Part shown: positions 9,885-18,492 of the stretch, one piece after another
Layout: every line of letters begins with the position of its first letter
How positions within the stretch are numbered: the first letter of the stretch is position 1
DNA from: Syntrophobacteraceae bacterium CG2_30_61_12
GTDB lineage: Bacteria; Desulfobacterota; Syntrophobacteria; Syntrophobacterales; DSM-9756
Length of the DNA stretch: 51,071 bases
Direction of reading: 5' to 3'
NCBI GenBank assembly: GCA_001873705.1
Contig: MNZR01000016.1
Span: forward strand, 1-51,071
Translations under genes and position numbers: made by a program
Notes under the pieces: generated by a model
Told to the model about the DNA's origin: nothing
The model's database searches: none
What the model saw: the letters and a program-made list of their open reading frames with translations, nothing else

Positions 9885-11135
9885 ATGTCGGAAAGATGTC
9901 AATATGAGTCGGGGGTGACAGTTCCTACTTTAACGCTATTTAAAACCAGCACGATGCGAACGGATGATGTGATGGGAAAGAATCATTACAAAGAAATAAA
10001 AACGATCTTGAATCATTGCAGGAATAATCGCGGTGACCAAGAGATCGTTTCCGCGCTTTCCGAAAACCGTATTTATATTTACGGAGCTGGAAATGTCGGT
10101 ACCGCGGTTTGTAAGCTGTTGCACGATGCTGGAATTGAGACAGAAGCTTTCTTGGATAGGAATTGCAACAGTGGAGCAATGCATCTGAATAAGAATATTT
10201 ACCAAATGGATTACCTTGATGCATTTACGTTCAACAAAAATACGGACTATATAATAATATCATTCATCGCGAGTCTTGCGGAAATGAAAGCAATAAAAAA
10301 TATTTTGAATGGAAAAGGATTTAAGAATGTAATACATTTCTATGATATTTATAGATTGTTGATAACTAATCGGCTGGCTCTCAAGAGTTCTAGTGCTTTT
10401 TTTGTTGCAACCGACGTTCTAATCGATTTCGATGAGATAATGGACAGAGTGTTGATGTCAAGCGAATTATGGCAAGACGAAATAAGTAGTAAGACATATC
10501 TTGACTTTGTCAGCGTAATATCGTCAGCAAATCCTGACCTATTTTCTCCAATGATTTGTCAGCAACAGTATTTTGTCAAGGACATCTTTTTTAATAAAGG
10601 CTACCTTCGGTTCATTGACTGTGGCGCCTATGAAGGGGATACGGCTGCCGCACTTGCAGCAAATACAGCGACGGCACGAGCCATTGTGTGCTTTGAGCCT
10701 GATCCACAGAATTTTATCAACCTTTGCACAGCAATGAGAAAGCAAAGAGTGGCGAACGAACAGATTTTGTTCCCCTGTGGCGTCTGGCATCGGAGCGAAA
10801 TGGTCCGCTTTCGGTCAGGAACCATGAGCACCAGTATGATCTCGGAAATCGGCGATAGGTATATCCAGTGTGTGGCGATAGACGATGTTGTTCCCGACTT
10901 CAAACCCACGTTTATCAAGATGGACGTCGAGGGGGCCGAGTACGAAGCGCTGCGAGGGGCACGGAAGACCATCAAGGAGGTTACGCCTGATCTTGCCATC
11001 AGTGTTTATCACCGGGTCGAACATATGTGGGAAATCCCACTTCTTCTGAAAAGCGAGCATGCTGACTATGCTTTCTATCTCAGAAATCACGGGCGGCATG
11101 GCGTGGAAACCGTAATGTATGCCACTTCACTCTAA
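9885..11135 (+). CDS. FkbM-family methyltransferase with N-terminal Rossmann-like domain
   Basis: IYIYGAGNVGTAV in the N-domain; FIDCGAYEGDT and FIKMDVEGAEYEALRGA in the FkbM core. Start is uncertain (ATG at 9885, 9954 or 9975). The gene is AT-rich. Confidence 0.7.
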   Translation: MSERCQYESGVTVPTLTLFKTSTMRTDDVMGKNHYKEIKTILNHCRNNRGDQEIVSALSENRIYIYGAGNVGTAVCKLLHDAGIETEAFLDRNCNSGAMHLNKNIYQMDYLDAFTFNKNTDYIIISFIASLAEMKAIKNILNGKGFKNVIHFYDIYRLLITNRLALKSSSAFFVATDVLIDFDEIMDRVLMSSELWQDEISSKTYLDFVSVISSANPDLFSPMICQQQYFVKDIFFNKGYLRFIDCGAYEGDTAAALAANTATARAIVCFEPDPQNFINLCTAMRKQRVANEQILFPCGVWHRSEMVRFRSGTMSTSMISEIGDRYIQCVAIDDVVPDFKPTFIKMDVEGAEYEALRGARKTIKEVTPDLAISVYHRVEHMWEIPLLLKSEHADYAFYLRNHGRHGVETVMYATSL

Positions 11136-11180
11136 GATTCTTGTACCATTTGTTTAACGAAATACAGGTTGGGGGTTGCG

Positions 11181-12767
11181 ATGAGAGACTACATAAGAAA
11201 ATTACTATTTATTGTACCTCCGGTTTCACCAGGAAATGGAGCGATTTCAAGAAATCTTGCTAGTTACAATGAAATACCTTTTGGTGTACTTTCTTTGGCT
11301 ACTTATATAAATAAATATTGCAGCAAAACTGTTAATATTAATATCTTAGATTTCAATGTTTCTAATGATTTAGCCTTTGTTGATAAGATAAAGAAAACCA
11401 TGGAGCAATTCAAACCCGATATAGTGGGGATCTCAGGGCTGTTTAACTCTATGTTTAGTTATGTAAACGAATTTTCCCGTTATGTAAAAGAAATTAATCC
11501 TAGTCTCGCGCTGGTCGTCGGCGGAGCTATTGCTACAAACTGCTATGAGTTGCTATTTAGTCACAACCCGTATATTGATGGTGCGTGCTATGCCGAAGGA
11601 GAGATTCCAATGCGCCTGCTCGTCGATGCGGAGAATCCCTTTTCACTTTTGGAAGGGCATCCATCCTGGATCACGAGAAAAAAAATATCCTCGGGTGTTA
11701 CTCCCAGTCCCACATTCATCCAGGATCTCGATGAGATCCCTCCGATCAATTATGCAATGGTAGATCTTGAAAAATACGACTCGCGGTGCCGGAATAACAA
11801 CCCGATCAAGCATGAAGCAGAAGACACCGCCGTCCGACTTCCGTTCGTCACGACAAGAGGATGCCCTTTCAATTGCATTTTTTGTGCGGCGAACTCCCTT
11901 TCAGGCAGAAAGGTAAGGTTCATGAGCGCTGAAAGGGTCATTTCCGATATCAAAAGAGCAAAAGAGCAATACAAGATGACCAAACTGGTGATTAATGATG
12001 ACCAGGTACTCATCGACAAGAAAAGGATCAAGAAGATTCTCGATGAAATCTCCGATTTTAATCTAATTGTCGAGTTTCCGAGTGGATTGAACGTCAAGTT
12101 CATCGATGAAGATATTGCCGTGAGATTGAAGCGAGCAGGGCTTGAAGTGGCCAATCTTGCGGTTGAGTCAGGTTCTGATCATGTATTGAAGAAAATCATT
12201 GACAAGCCGTTAAAAACTGCTGATATCAAGCCAGCAGTAGATGCCCTTAGGAAAAATGGTTTACTTATACATGGCTTTTTTATCTTCGGGTTTCCTGATG
12301 AGAGTGAAGATGACCGTATAATGACTATTGATCTGATCAAGGAAATTGGATTCGACTGGTCAAATATTTATGTTGCTGCACCCCTTATGGGGAGTAGGCT
12401 TTACCAGATTTTTCTGGAAAATGGCTATATAAAAGACGAAATCAACTTTCTGGATGCCAACATATATCAATCTAGCCTACGGTCGTCAGAAGATATCGGC
12501 AAATACGTCTATCGGGTGAACCTTGATGTGAATTTTGTAAACAATTACCGTATGAGAGTCGGCGATGATCAATTGGCTGAGGGTTATTTTAGTAATGTGG
12601 TGAATAACCACCCTCGCCATGCCTTTGGACATTACTGTCTTTCCATGGTGTACCAACGTCTTGACCACGATAACTATCGGAGTGGCAAACACATGAGGGA
12701 ATTCCATGAGATCGTCGCAACTGATGATGAATGGGCTGATCATGCTAGATACTTCAATCTCATCTGA
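11181..12767 (+). CDS. B12-binding-domain radical SAM enzyme (class B)
   Basis: N-terminal cobalamin-binding-like region (DIVGISGLF...VVGGAIATN) followed by TTRGCPFNCIFCA (CxxxCxxC). The gene is very AT-rich. Confidence 0.8.
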   Translation: MRDYIRKLLFIVPPVSPGNGAISRNLASYNEIPFGVLSLATYINKYCSKTVNINILDFNVSNDLAFVDKIKKTMEQFKPDIVGISGLFNSMFSYVNEFSRYVKEINPSLALVVGGAIATNCYELLFSHNPYIDGACYAEGEIPMRLLVDAENPFSLLEGHPSWITRKKISSGVTPSPTFIQDLDEIPPINYAMVDLEKYDSRCRNNNPIKHEAEDTAVRLPFVTTRGCPFNCIFCAANSLSGRKVRFMSAERVISDIKRAKEQYKMTKLVINDDQVLIDKKRIKKILDEISDFNLIVEFPSGLNVKFIDEDIAVRLKRAGLEVANLAVESGSDHVLKKIIDKPLKTADIKPAVDALRKNGLLIHGFFIFGFPDESEDDRIMTIDLIKEIGFDWSNIYVAAPLMGSRLYQIFLENGYIKDEINFLDANIYQSSLRSSEDIGKYVYRVNLDVNFVNNYRMRVGDDQLAEGYFSNVVNNHPRHAFGHYCLSMVYQRLDHDNYRSGKHMREFHEIVATDDEWADHARYFNLI

Positions 12768-13941
12768 GCACAGCGGGGTTAGCTGCCGCAAGGTGGCTGC
12801 TGCAAAGGACACCCTCTGCCGTGCCATAGCTCTTGAAGAGCCTGTTCCAGACGGCATCGCTCAGCTTGCCGGGCATCCGATATTCATCTACGGTGCGGGC
12901 AATTACGGTCGTATCATATACAGCCTGCTCACCCAAAATGGAATTCCCTCCCCTGCCATTCTTGGGTTTCTTGACATGGCGGCCACCGAAAACAGTACTC
13001 TGTCAAGCCTTCCCGTGTACCAACCGCATGCTTCATGCGTTACCAGGGCATTACGAAAAGAGGCGCAGGTGGTAATTTCAATTTATTCCAGCCTTGCGGA
13101 ACACGCCGCCATCATCGCATCGCTCCATGGCATGGGATACCGGAACGTCCGAAGTGGGTATGAAACGGCGCTCTCTTTTCACACGGCCAACGATCCGTCC
13201 ACCCGCATTGCGGAAACCGGTTTTCTTCGTGCAAGCCTGGCAAACATCATGCGAGGCTCCCAATTTTGGGAAGACAACCGTAGCCTTGAGACGTACGTGA
13301 ACCATTTTGTAGGGTATGCCCGATGTGATTTGGACAGTTTCGTCGTTGAAACCGATCACCGGCAGTACTTTCCGCCTTCGCCCCTGCGGGTCAAGGGAGA
13401 CATGCGATTTATCGATTGTGGGGCGTTCGACGGCGATACCATCCGTGATCTTCTCGAATACTCAGGGAAGGTGGAGAGCCTCGCCCTCTTCGAGCCATCC
13501 GCACGGAACTTCCAGAAGCTTACAACCTACGTGCGAGAAAACGAAGGAGATATCGCAGAGCAATTGACGCTTTTCCCTTGTGGTGTTTGGGACAGTACGG
13601 AGCGGCCATGTTTCGACGGCACTGCACTCTCGGCAAGTGCCATCTCGAATCGCGGTGACGAGTTCATCCAATGTGTTGCGATCGACGATGTTCTTCACGG
13701 CTTCAGCCCGACCTGCATCAAGATGGACATCGAAGGAGCCGAGCTGCATGCGCTCCGAGGCGCGGAAGAGACTATCAGGCAGTGCAAGCCCGATCTGGCT
13801 ATCAGCGTCTACCACTCACTCTCCCACTTGTGGGAAATCCCGGATCTCATCCGTCAATGGGTTCCAGGATACCGATTTTTTCTTCGCACTTATGGTTCCG
13901 CAGGCTTTGAAACGGTAATGTATGCCGTTGATACTGATTGA
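12742..13941 (+). CDS. FkbM-family methyltransferase, paralogue of 9885..11135
   Basis: Same architecture as the paralogue: IFIYGAGNYGRII, FIDCGAFDGDT, CIKMDIEGAELHALRGA, AISVYH. Start is uncertain (ATG at 12706/12742, or GTG at 12793). Confidence 0.7.
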   Translation: MLDTSISSEHSGVSCRKVAAAKDTLCRAIALEEPVPDGIAQLAGHPIFIYGAGNYGRIIYSLLTQNGIPSPAILGFLDMAATENSTLSSLPVYQPHASCVTRALRKEAQVVISIYSSLAEHAAIIASLHGMGYRNVRSGYETALSFHTANDPSTRIAETGFLRASLANIMRGSQFWEDNRSLETYVNHFVGYARCDLDSFVVETDHRQYFPPSPLRVKGDMRFIDCGAFDGDTIRDLLEYSGKVESLALFEPSARNFQKLTTYVRENEGDIAEQLTLFPCGVWDSTERPCFDGTALSASAISNRGDEFIQCVAIDDVLHGFSPTCIKMDIEGAELHALRGAEETIRQCKPDLAISVYHSLSHLWEIPDLIRQWVPGYRFFLRTYGSAGFETVMYAVDTD

Positions 13942-13959
13942 CAGCAGGGGAGATAAAAC

Positions 13960-14982
13960 ATGAATGCAATAAAAGTGGCAGGTGCAGGTTATCAACGCAG
14001 GGAGCTAAGGCAATGGCTTCCTCTCACAACTCCCTTTGCGTTGCATCTCTTTCCCTCTCACTACTGTAACTTCAGATGCGCGTACTGCGTCCACGGTCTT
14101 CCAGCCGATAAGATAAGGTCCATGGGGTCCAAAAAGACAATTATGGATGTTAACCTATTTGAAAAGTGCATCACCGATGTCCTGAACTTCCCGGAACGCT
14201 TACAGGTTTTAATCTTCGCCGGGTGGGGAGAACCGTTGACTCACCCTAATATTGTGGAAATGGTTGAATTGGCAAAACGTAATGACGTCGCCAAACGAAT
14301 AGAAATTGTGAGTAACGGTGCGATGCTGACGAACGATCTCTCGAAAAAACTTATTGAAGCAGGGCTAGATCGTATTCGAATATCGATTCAGGGGCTAGAT
14401 TCTGTGAGATGCAGTGACGTTGCCGGAGTCAATGTCAACTTCGAGTCTCTTCTCGACAATATCCGGTACTTCCACGCGAACCGCAAAAACGCCAGAATTT
14501 TTGTAAAGACCGTCGACGCTGCGGTGCCGACTGATGCCGATCGTCAAATATTCCATGGAATCTTCGAGGGAATTTGTGATGAGATCGCTGTTGAACAGGT
14601 AATCCCGGTTATAAAAGGCATCGACCACTCAAGATTCGGTAGTGAATTCAACAAGCGACATTGTGGCGGCTTGGCCGTCCCAGTCGCCGTATGCCCATTT
14701 CCGTTCTACATGTCCGTGGTCCATCCCGACGGCAGCTATGCTCCATGTTGCTCGTCCGAACTTCCTTTGCCCCTTGGAAACGTTGGAGATACTTCCATCA
14801 CCGAGATCTGGAACGGAGAAGCCCTGTGGAGATTTCGCGTCACTCATCTTAAGGGAACTCGAGGTGGCGCCACCCTGTGCCGCAGGTGTCCGCGCCCGCA
14901 ATACGATATTCAGGAAGGAGACGATCTTGACCCGTATGCCGGCGAACTGCTTTCCGCTTACCAACGTCTAGCGCATATTTAA
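13960..14982 (+). CDS. Radical SAM/SPASM-domain enzyme, paralogue 1
   Basis: SHYCNFRCAYC (CxxxCxxC), GWGEPL, and a C-terminal Cys-rich region CPFPFYMSVVHPDGSYAPCCS...CRRCPRP. Confidence 0.8.
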   Translation: MNAIKVAGAGYQRRELRQWLPLTTPFALHLFPSHYCNFRCAYCVHGLPADKIRSMGSKKTIMDVNLFEKCITDVLNFPERLQVLIFAGWGEPLTHPNIVEMVELAKRNDVAKRIEIVSNGAMLTNDLSKKLIEAGLDRIRISIQGLDSVRCSDVAGVNVNFESLLDNIRYFHANRKNARIFVKTVDAAVPTDADRQIFHGIFEGICDEIAVEQVIPVIKGIDHSRFGSEFNKRHCGGLAVPVAVCPFPFYMSVVHPDGSYAPCCSSELPLPLGNVGDTSITEIWNGEALWRFRVTHLKGTRGGATLCRRCPRPQYDIQEGDDLDPYAGELLSAYQRLAHI

Positions 14983-14993
14983 AAGGATACGCC

Positions 14994-16010
14994 ATGAGTG
15001 CCGAAATTAAACCCGGCTTCAATTATGACAGAAAGAAACTGGCAGACATTATCCCGCTTAAAACCCCATTTACGTTCCTACTCGCCCCCTCTCACGTATG
15101 CAACCTGAGGTGTTTTTACTGTTCTCAAGCAAAAGATCGCGAAGATCTCATCAAGGATGGCTTTCGCTTCAAGTTGATGGACTACGACGTCTTTCTCAAG
15201 TTCGCCAAACAGTTGAAGCGGTTTCCCGATAGGCTCAAACTCGTTTTCGTCTCCGGCATGGGCGAACCCTTGATGCACAAACGTCTTCCCGACATGATTG
15301 CACGACTCCGGAACTTGGATGTGGCCGAACGCTTGGAAATATTCACGAACGGCCTGCTCTTGACCAAAGAAACCAGCGAAGCCCTTGTTGACTCGGGACT
15401 CACCCGAATTCGCGTTTCGTTGCAAGGGTTAACCTCCAAAAAATACAAAGAGATATCGAGTGCTGACATTAGCTTTGAGGACCTGCGCCACAACCTTGCG
15501 TATTTTTTCAAGGTACGTAAGCAGTGCAAACTTTATGTGAAAGTAATCGATGTGGCTCTGGAACCGGGCGAGGAGGATAAGTTCTACGATATGTTCCGGG
15601 ATGTCAGCGATGAAATGTTCATTGAACGCTTCGTTCCCTATCAACTGACAATGGGGGACTATGACAATGCCGCCGGTGTTACGACAACCGTGTACGGCGA
15701 CAAGATTCTTAGTGCTGATGTCTGTCCCGAGCCCTTCTTCAATTGGCAAATCGACGTCGATGGCAACATCTACCCTTGTTGTCCCCTTGGGCTACCCAAA
15801 TCCTTTTCCGTCGGCAACGTTAACCACTCAACGATCTTCGACATGTGGAACGGCGAGAAGGCACGGCAGCTGCGACTCCAACTGCTCGGTAAGCAGCGTT
15901 CAGCACACTATGTCTGCGGAAGCTGTCGAGTCTTTCTGTCGAAGCTGACTCCCGCCGACCGGCTCGACGACGATGCCGACAGGCTGATCCCCCTTTTTGA
16001 AAAACTGTAA
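14994..16010 (+). CDS. Radical SAM/SPASM-domain enzyme, paralogue 2
   Basis: SHVCNLRCFYC, GMGEPL, CPEPFFNWQIDVDGNIYPCC...CGSC. Collinear with paralogue 1. Confidence 0.8.
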   Translation: MSAEIKPGFNYDRKKLADIIPLKTPFTFLLAPSHVCNLRCFYCSQAKDREDLIKDGFRFKLMDYDVFLKFAKQLKRFPDRLKLVFVSGMGEPLMHKRLPDMIARLRNLDVAERLEIFTNGLLLTKETSEALVDSGLTRIRVSLQGLTSKKYKEISSADISFEDLRHNLAYFFKVRKQCKLYVKVIDVALEPGEEDKFYDMFRDVSDEMFIERFVPYQLTMGDYDNAAGVTTTVYGDKILSADVCPEPFFNWQIDVDGNIYPCCPLGLPKSFSVGNVNHSTIFDMWNGEKARQLRLQLLGKQRSAHYVCGSCRVFLSKLTPADRLDDDADRLIPLFEKL

Positions 16011-16023
16011 GGAGTGATGTCAG

Positions 16024-17043
16024 ATGAAAGCCGAAATTAAGCCGATCGCCGACCTCAATCGCGTGAGGCTCGCCGATGCCGTCCCCCTGAAGACGCCATT
16101 CGCGCTGTACCTCTTTCACACGAACATCTGTAATTTCAGGTGCACCTTTTGCGCGCACAGTCTGGGGCGCGAAGGGATGAAACGGGAGTATGGCTTTGTG
16201 CCTGAAGTCATGCCGATGGAGGTGTTCGAACGCACCATCGAACAGATGAAAGCCTTTCCTCGCAAATTCAAATTTGTCTCCTTTACCGGCCAGGGAGAGC
16301 CTCTGACCAACAAGCGTCTTCCTGACCTGGTCATGCGCCTGCGGAAGGCCGAGGTTGCCGATGTCACCGAAGTCATCACCAACGGAGCGCTGCTGACCCC
16401 AAAGATCAGCAGGGCGCTCATCGACGCAGGACTGGATCGGATGAAGATTTCAATCCAGGGTATCAATACCCAAGCCTATAAGACTATCACGGGGGTGAAT
16501 GTCGATTTCGACAAATTTGTCGAGCAGGTGCGCTTTCTCTACGAGCGGAAAGGAATGATGCAGCTTTTCGTCAAGGTCATGAACATCTCCCTTGCTCCTG
16601 GCGAAGATGAAAAATTCTACAAGATCTTCGGCGAAATATCGGACCGCATGTATATCGAGACTTGTCGTCCAGTGTACCCTGGCGTCGACTATGGAGACAG
16701 GAGTGAAGATGTAACCATGGACCGTTTCGGACGCCAGCATGATAAACGTTTGGTCTGCCCCCTCTGCTTTTTCCACCTCGCCATCTGGCCCAATGGCGAC
16801 GTCGTTCCGTGCGATACGATCCTCAAGCCTATCGTCCTGGGCAATGTCAATGACAAACAGATGACGCTGAAAGACATGTGGAATGGCCGGGCACACCGTG
16901 AGTTCTGCGCGATGCAACTTCGTAAGGAGCGCATGATCTCCAATCCGCAGTGCACTAGGTGCATTGCCCCGGATGACGTTTGTCACCCTGAGGATGCCTT
17001 AGACATCGATGCTGAAAAGATACGGACATCGTACTATCAGTAA
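16024..17043 (+). CDS. Radical SAM/SPASM-domain enzyme, paralogue 3
   Basis: TNICNFRCTFC, GQGEPL, CPLCFFHLAIWPNGDVVPCD...CTRC. Collinear with paralogues 1 and 2. Confidence 0.8.
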   Translation: MKAEIKPIADLNRVRLADAVPLKTPFALYLFHTNICNFRCTFCAHSLGREGMKREYGFVPEVMPMEVFERTIEQMKAFPRKFKFVSFTGQGEPLTNKRLPDLVMRLRKAEVADVTEVITNGALLTPKISRALIDAGLDRMKISIQGINTQAYKTITGVNVDFDKFVEQVRFLYERKGMMQLFVKVMNISLAPGEDEKFYKIFGEISDRMYIETCRPVYPGVDYGDRSEDVTMDRFGRQHDKRLVCPLCFFHLAIWPNGDVVPCDTILKPIVLGNVNDKQMTLKDMWNGRAHREFCAMQLRKERMISNPQCTRCIAPDDVCHPEDALDIDAEKIRTSYYQ

Positions 17044-17150
17044 TTGGGAACAGGGCAAACCATGTCGAAAAGCGGCTTTTGGGATGGACTGCAAGGAGAG
17101 AAGGGCTTCGTTAGCCGAATCACGATTCAGCTAGCATGGGTATATTCGTC

Positions 17151-18449
17151 ATGACAAGAATACTTCATATTACAGCCCATCTTGGCGGGGGCGTTGGGAA
17201 GGTGCTTTCTCGGCTTTGTGGAAAATCAGTGCGGCCGCGAAGTGATGTTCAGCATACCATCATATGCATGGAACATCCGCAAAAGTCCGAATTCAGGGAT
17301 TACGTCCTGGCCAGTGGTTCTGAGTTATTGGTCTGTCCTTCAAGCGGTTTACTCAACCGTCGAGTCGCCGAAGCTGACATCGTTCAGGTGGAATGGTGGC
17401 ACCACCCCGTTGTGGCGGGCTGGCTTTGCGCAGGGGTGTTGCCTCCCATGCGGTTGGTGGTGTGGAGCCATGTCTCCGGGCTTCATCCGCCCGAAATTCC
17501 GCTGGGGTTCCTGCTGGCTCCTCATCGTTTTCTTTTTACCTCCCCCTGTTCCTGGGAGCATCCCCGGATTATTGGACTCGATGGTGAACAACGGCATAGA
17601 ATCGATGTTGTGCACAGCTCCGGTGGCTTCGAAGATTTATCGGAACGCTGCGCAGCACCGCGAGATGGCCCCATTCGCGTCGGATATGTGGGGACTCTCA
17701 ATTTCTCCAAGCTCCATCCTGAGCTTCTGGATTTCTTGGAGGCCGTGCCCTTGCCCAAGTTTCGACTGACTCTTGTAGGTGATCTAACAGCAGGCGAGCA
17801 ACTGATTTCCCGCGCTGCCTCCAGACATTTGACCGACAGACTCGAGTTGCCCGGTTACAAGGCCGATGTAGCCACTGAACTTGCCCGCTTCGATGTGTTG
17901 GCCTACCTTTTGAATCCCCTCCACTACGGCACCACGGAAAATGCCCTGCTGGAGGCCATGGCTATGGGGGTGGTGCCGGTGGTTCTGAATAACCCGGCAG
18001 AGCGGCATCTGGTCACGCATGGAGAAACCGGTCTCATAGTAGATTCCCCAGCAGCCTTTGCCGAAGCGCTGGTGTTTCTGGAGGATCACCCTGACAAGCG
18101 TAACATACTGTCCGCCAATGCAAGCGTTGATGTGCGTGAGCGTTTCGCGTTGCAGCGCACGATCTCGCTGCTCGAAACTCACTACCGAGCAGTTTTGGAG
18201 GAGCCGAAACGGGTGTTCGACTTCCGGTCGGTATTTGGGGGCAGGCCTTCCGATTGGTTCCTTGCCTGCCAGGGATCGCAAGTCTGGCGATTCAAGGGCA
18301 ACAAAAAACACATGGAGCTCACCGGAAAGAGTAGCAGGGGGCCTCATTACCTTTACGAAAAGACCAAGAGCTCCGTATTCCACTACCATCACACCTATCC
18401 GCATGACAGACAGCTGGAGTCCTGGGCGCAAAACCTGGAGGCAAGATAG
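17151..18449 (+). CDS. GT4 (GT-B) family glycosyltransferase
   Basis: MTRILHITAHLGGGVGKV N-terminus and TENALLEAMAMGVVPVV (Ex7E region). Confidence 0.75.
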   Translation: MTRILHITAHLGGGVGKVLSRLCGKSVRPRSDVQHTIICMEHPQKSEFRDYVLASGSELLVCPSSGLLNRRVAEADIVQVEWWHHPVVAGWLCAGVLPPMRLVVWSHVSGLHPPEIPLGFLLAPHRFLFTSPCSWEHPRIIGLDGEQRHRIDVVHSSGGFEDLSERCAAPRDGPIRVGYVGTLNFSKLHPELLDFLEAVPLPKFRLTLVGDLTAGEQLISRAASRHLTDRLELPGYKADVATELARFDVLAYLLNPLHYGTTENALLEAMAMGVVPVVLNNPAERHLVTHGETGLIVDSPAAFAEALVFLEDHPDKRNILSANASVDVRERFALQRTISLLETHYRAVLEEPKRVFDFRSVFGGRPSDWFLACQGSQVWRFKGNKKHMELTGKSSRGPHYLYEKTKSSVFHYHHTYPHDRQLESWAQNLEAR

Positions 18450-18492
18450 AAAGAAATAAGTTCAATGCTGCTATCGATTTAAAAAATTCATA

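Noticed and set aside
17062-17154. 30-codon ORF (MSKSGFWDGLQGEKGFVSRITIQLAWVYSS) just after the third radical SAM/SPASM gene, considered as a RiPP precursor.
   Set aside because: It has no Cys or other typical crosslink residues and no convincing RBS. It overlaps the start region of the GT4 gene and lies downstream, not upstream, of the maturase-like genes.
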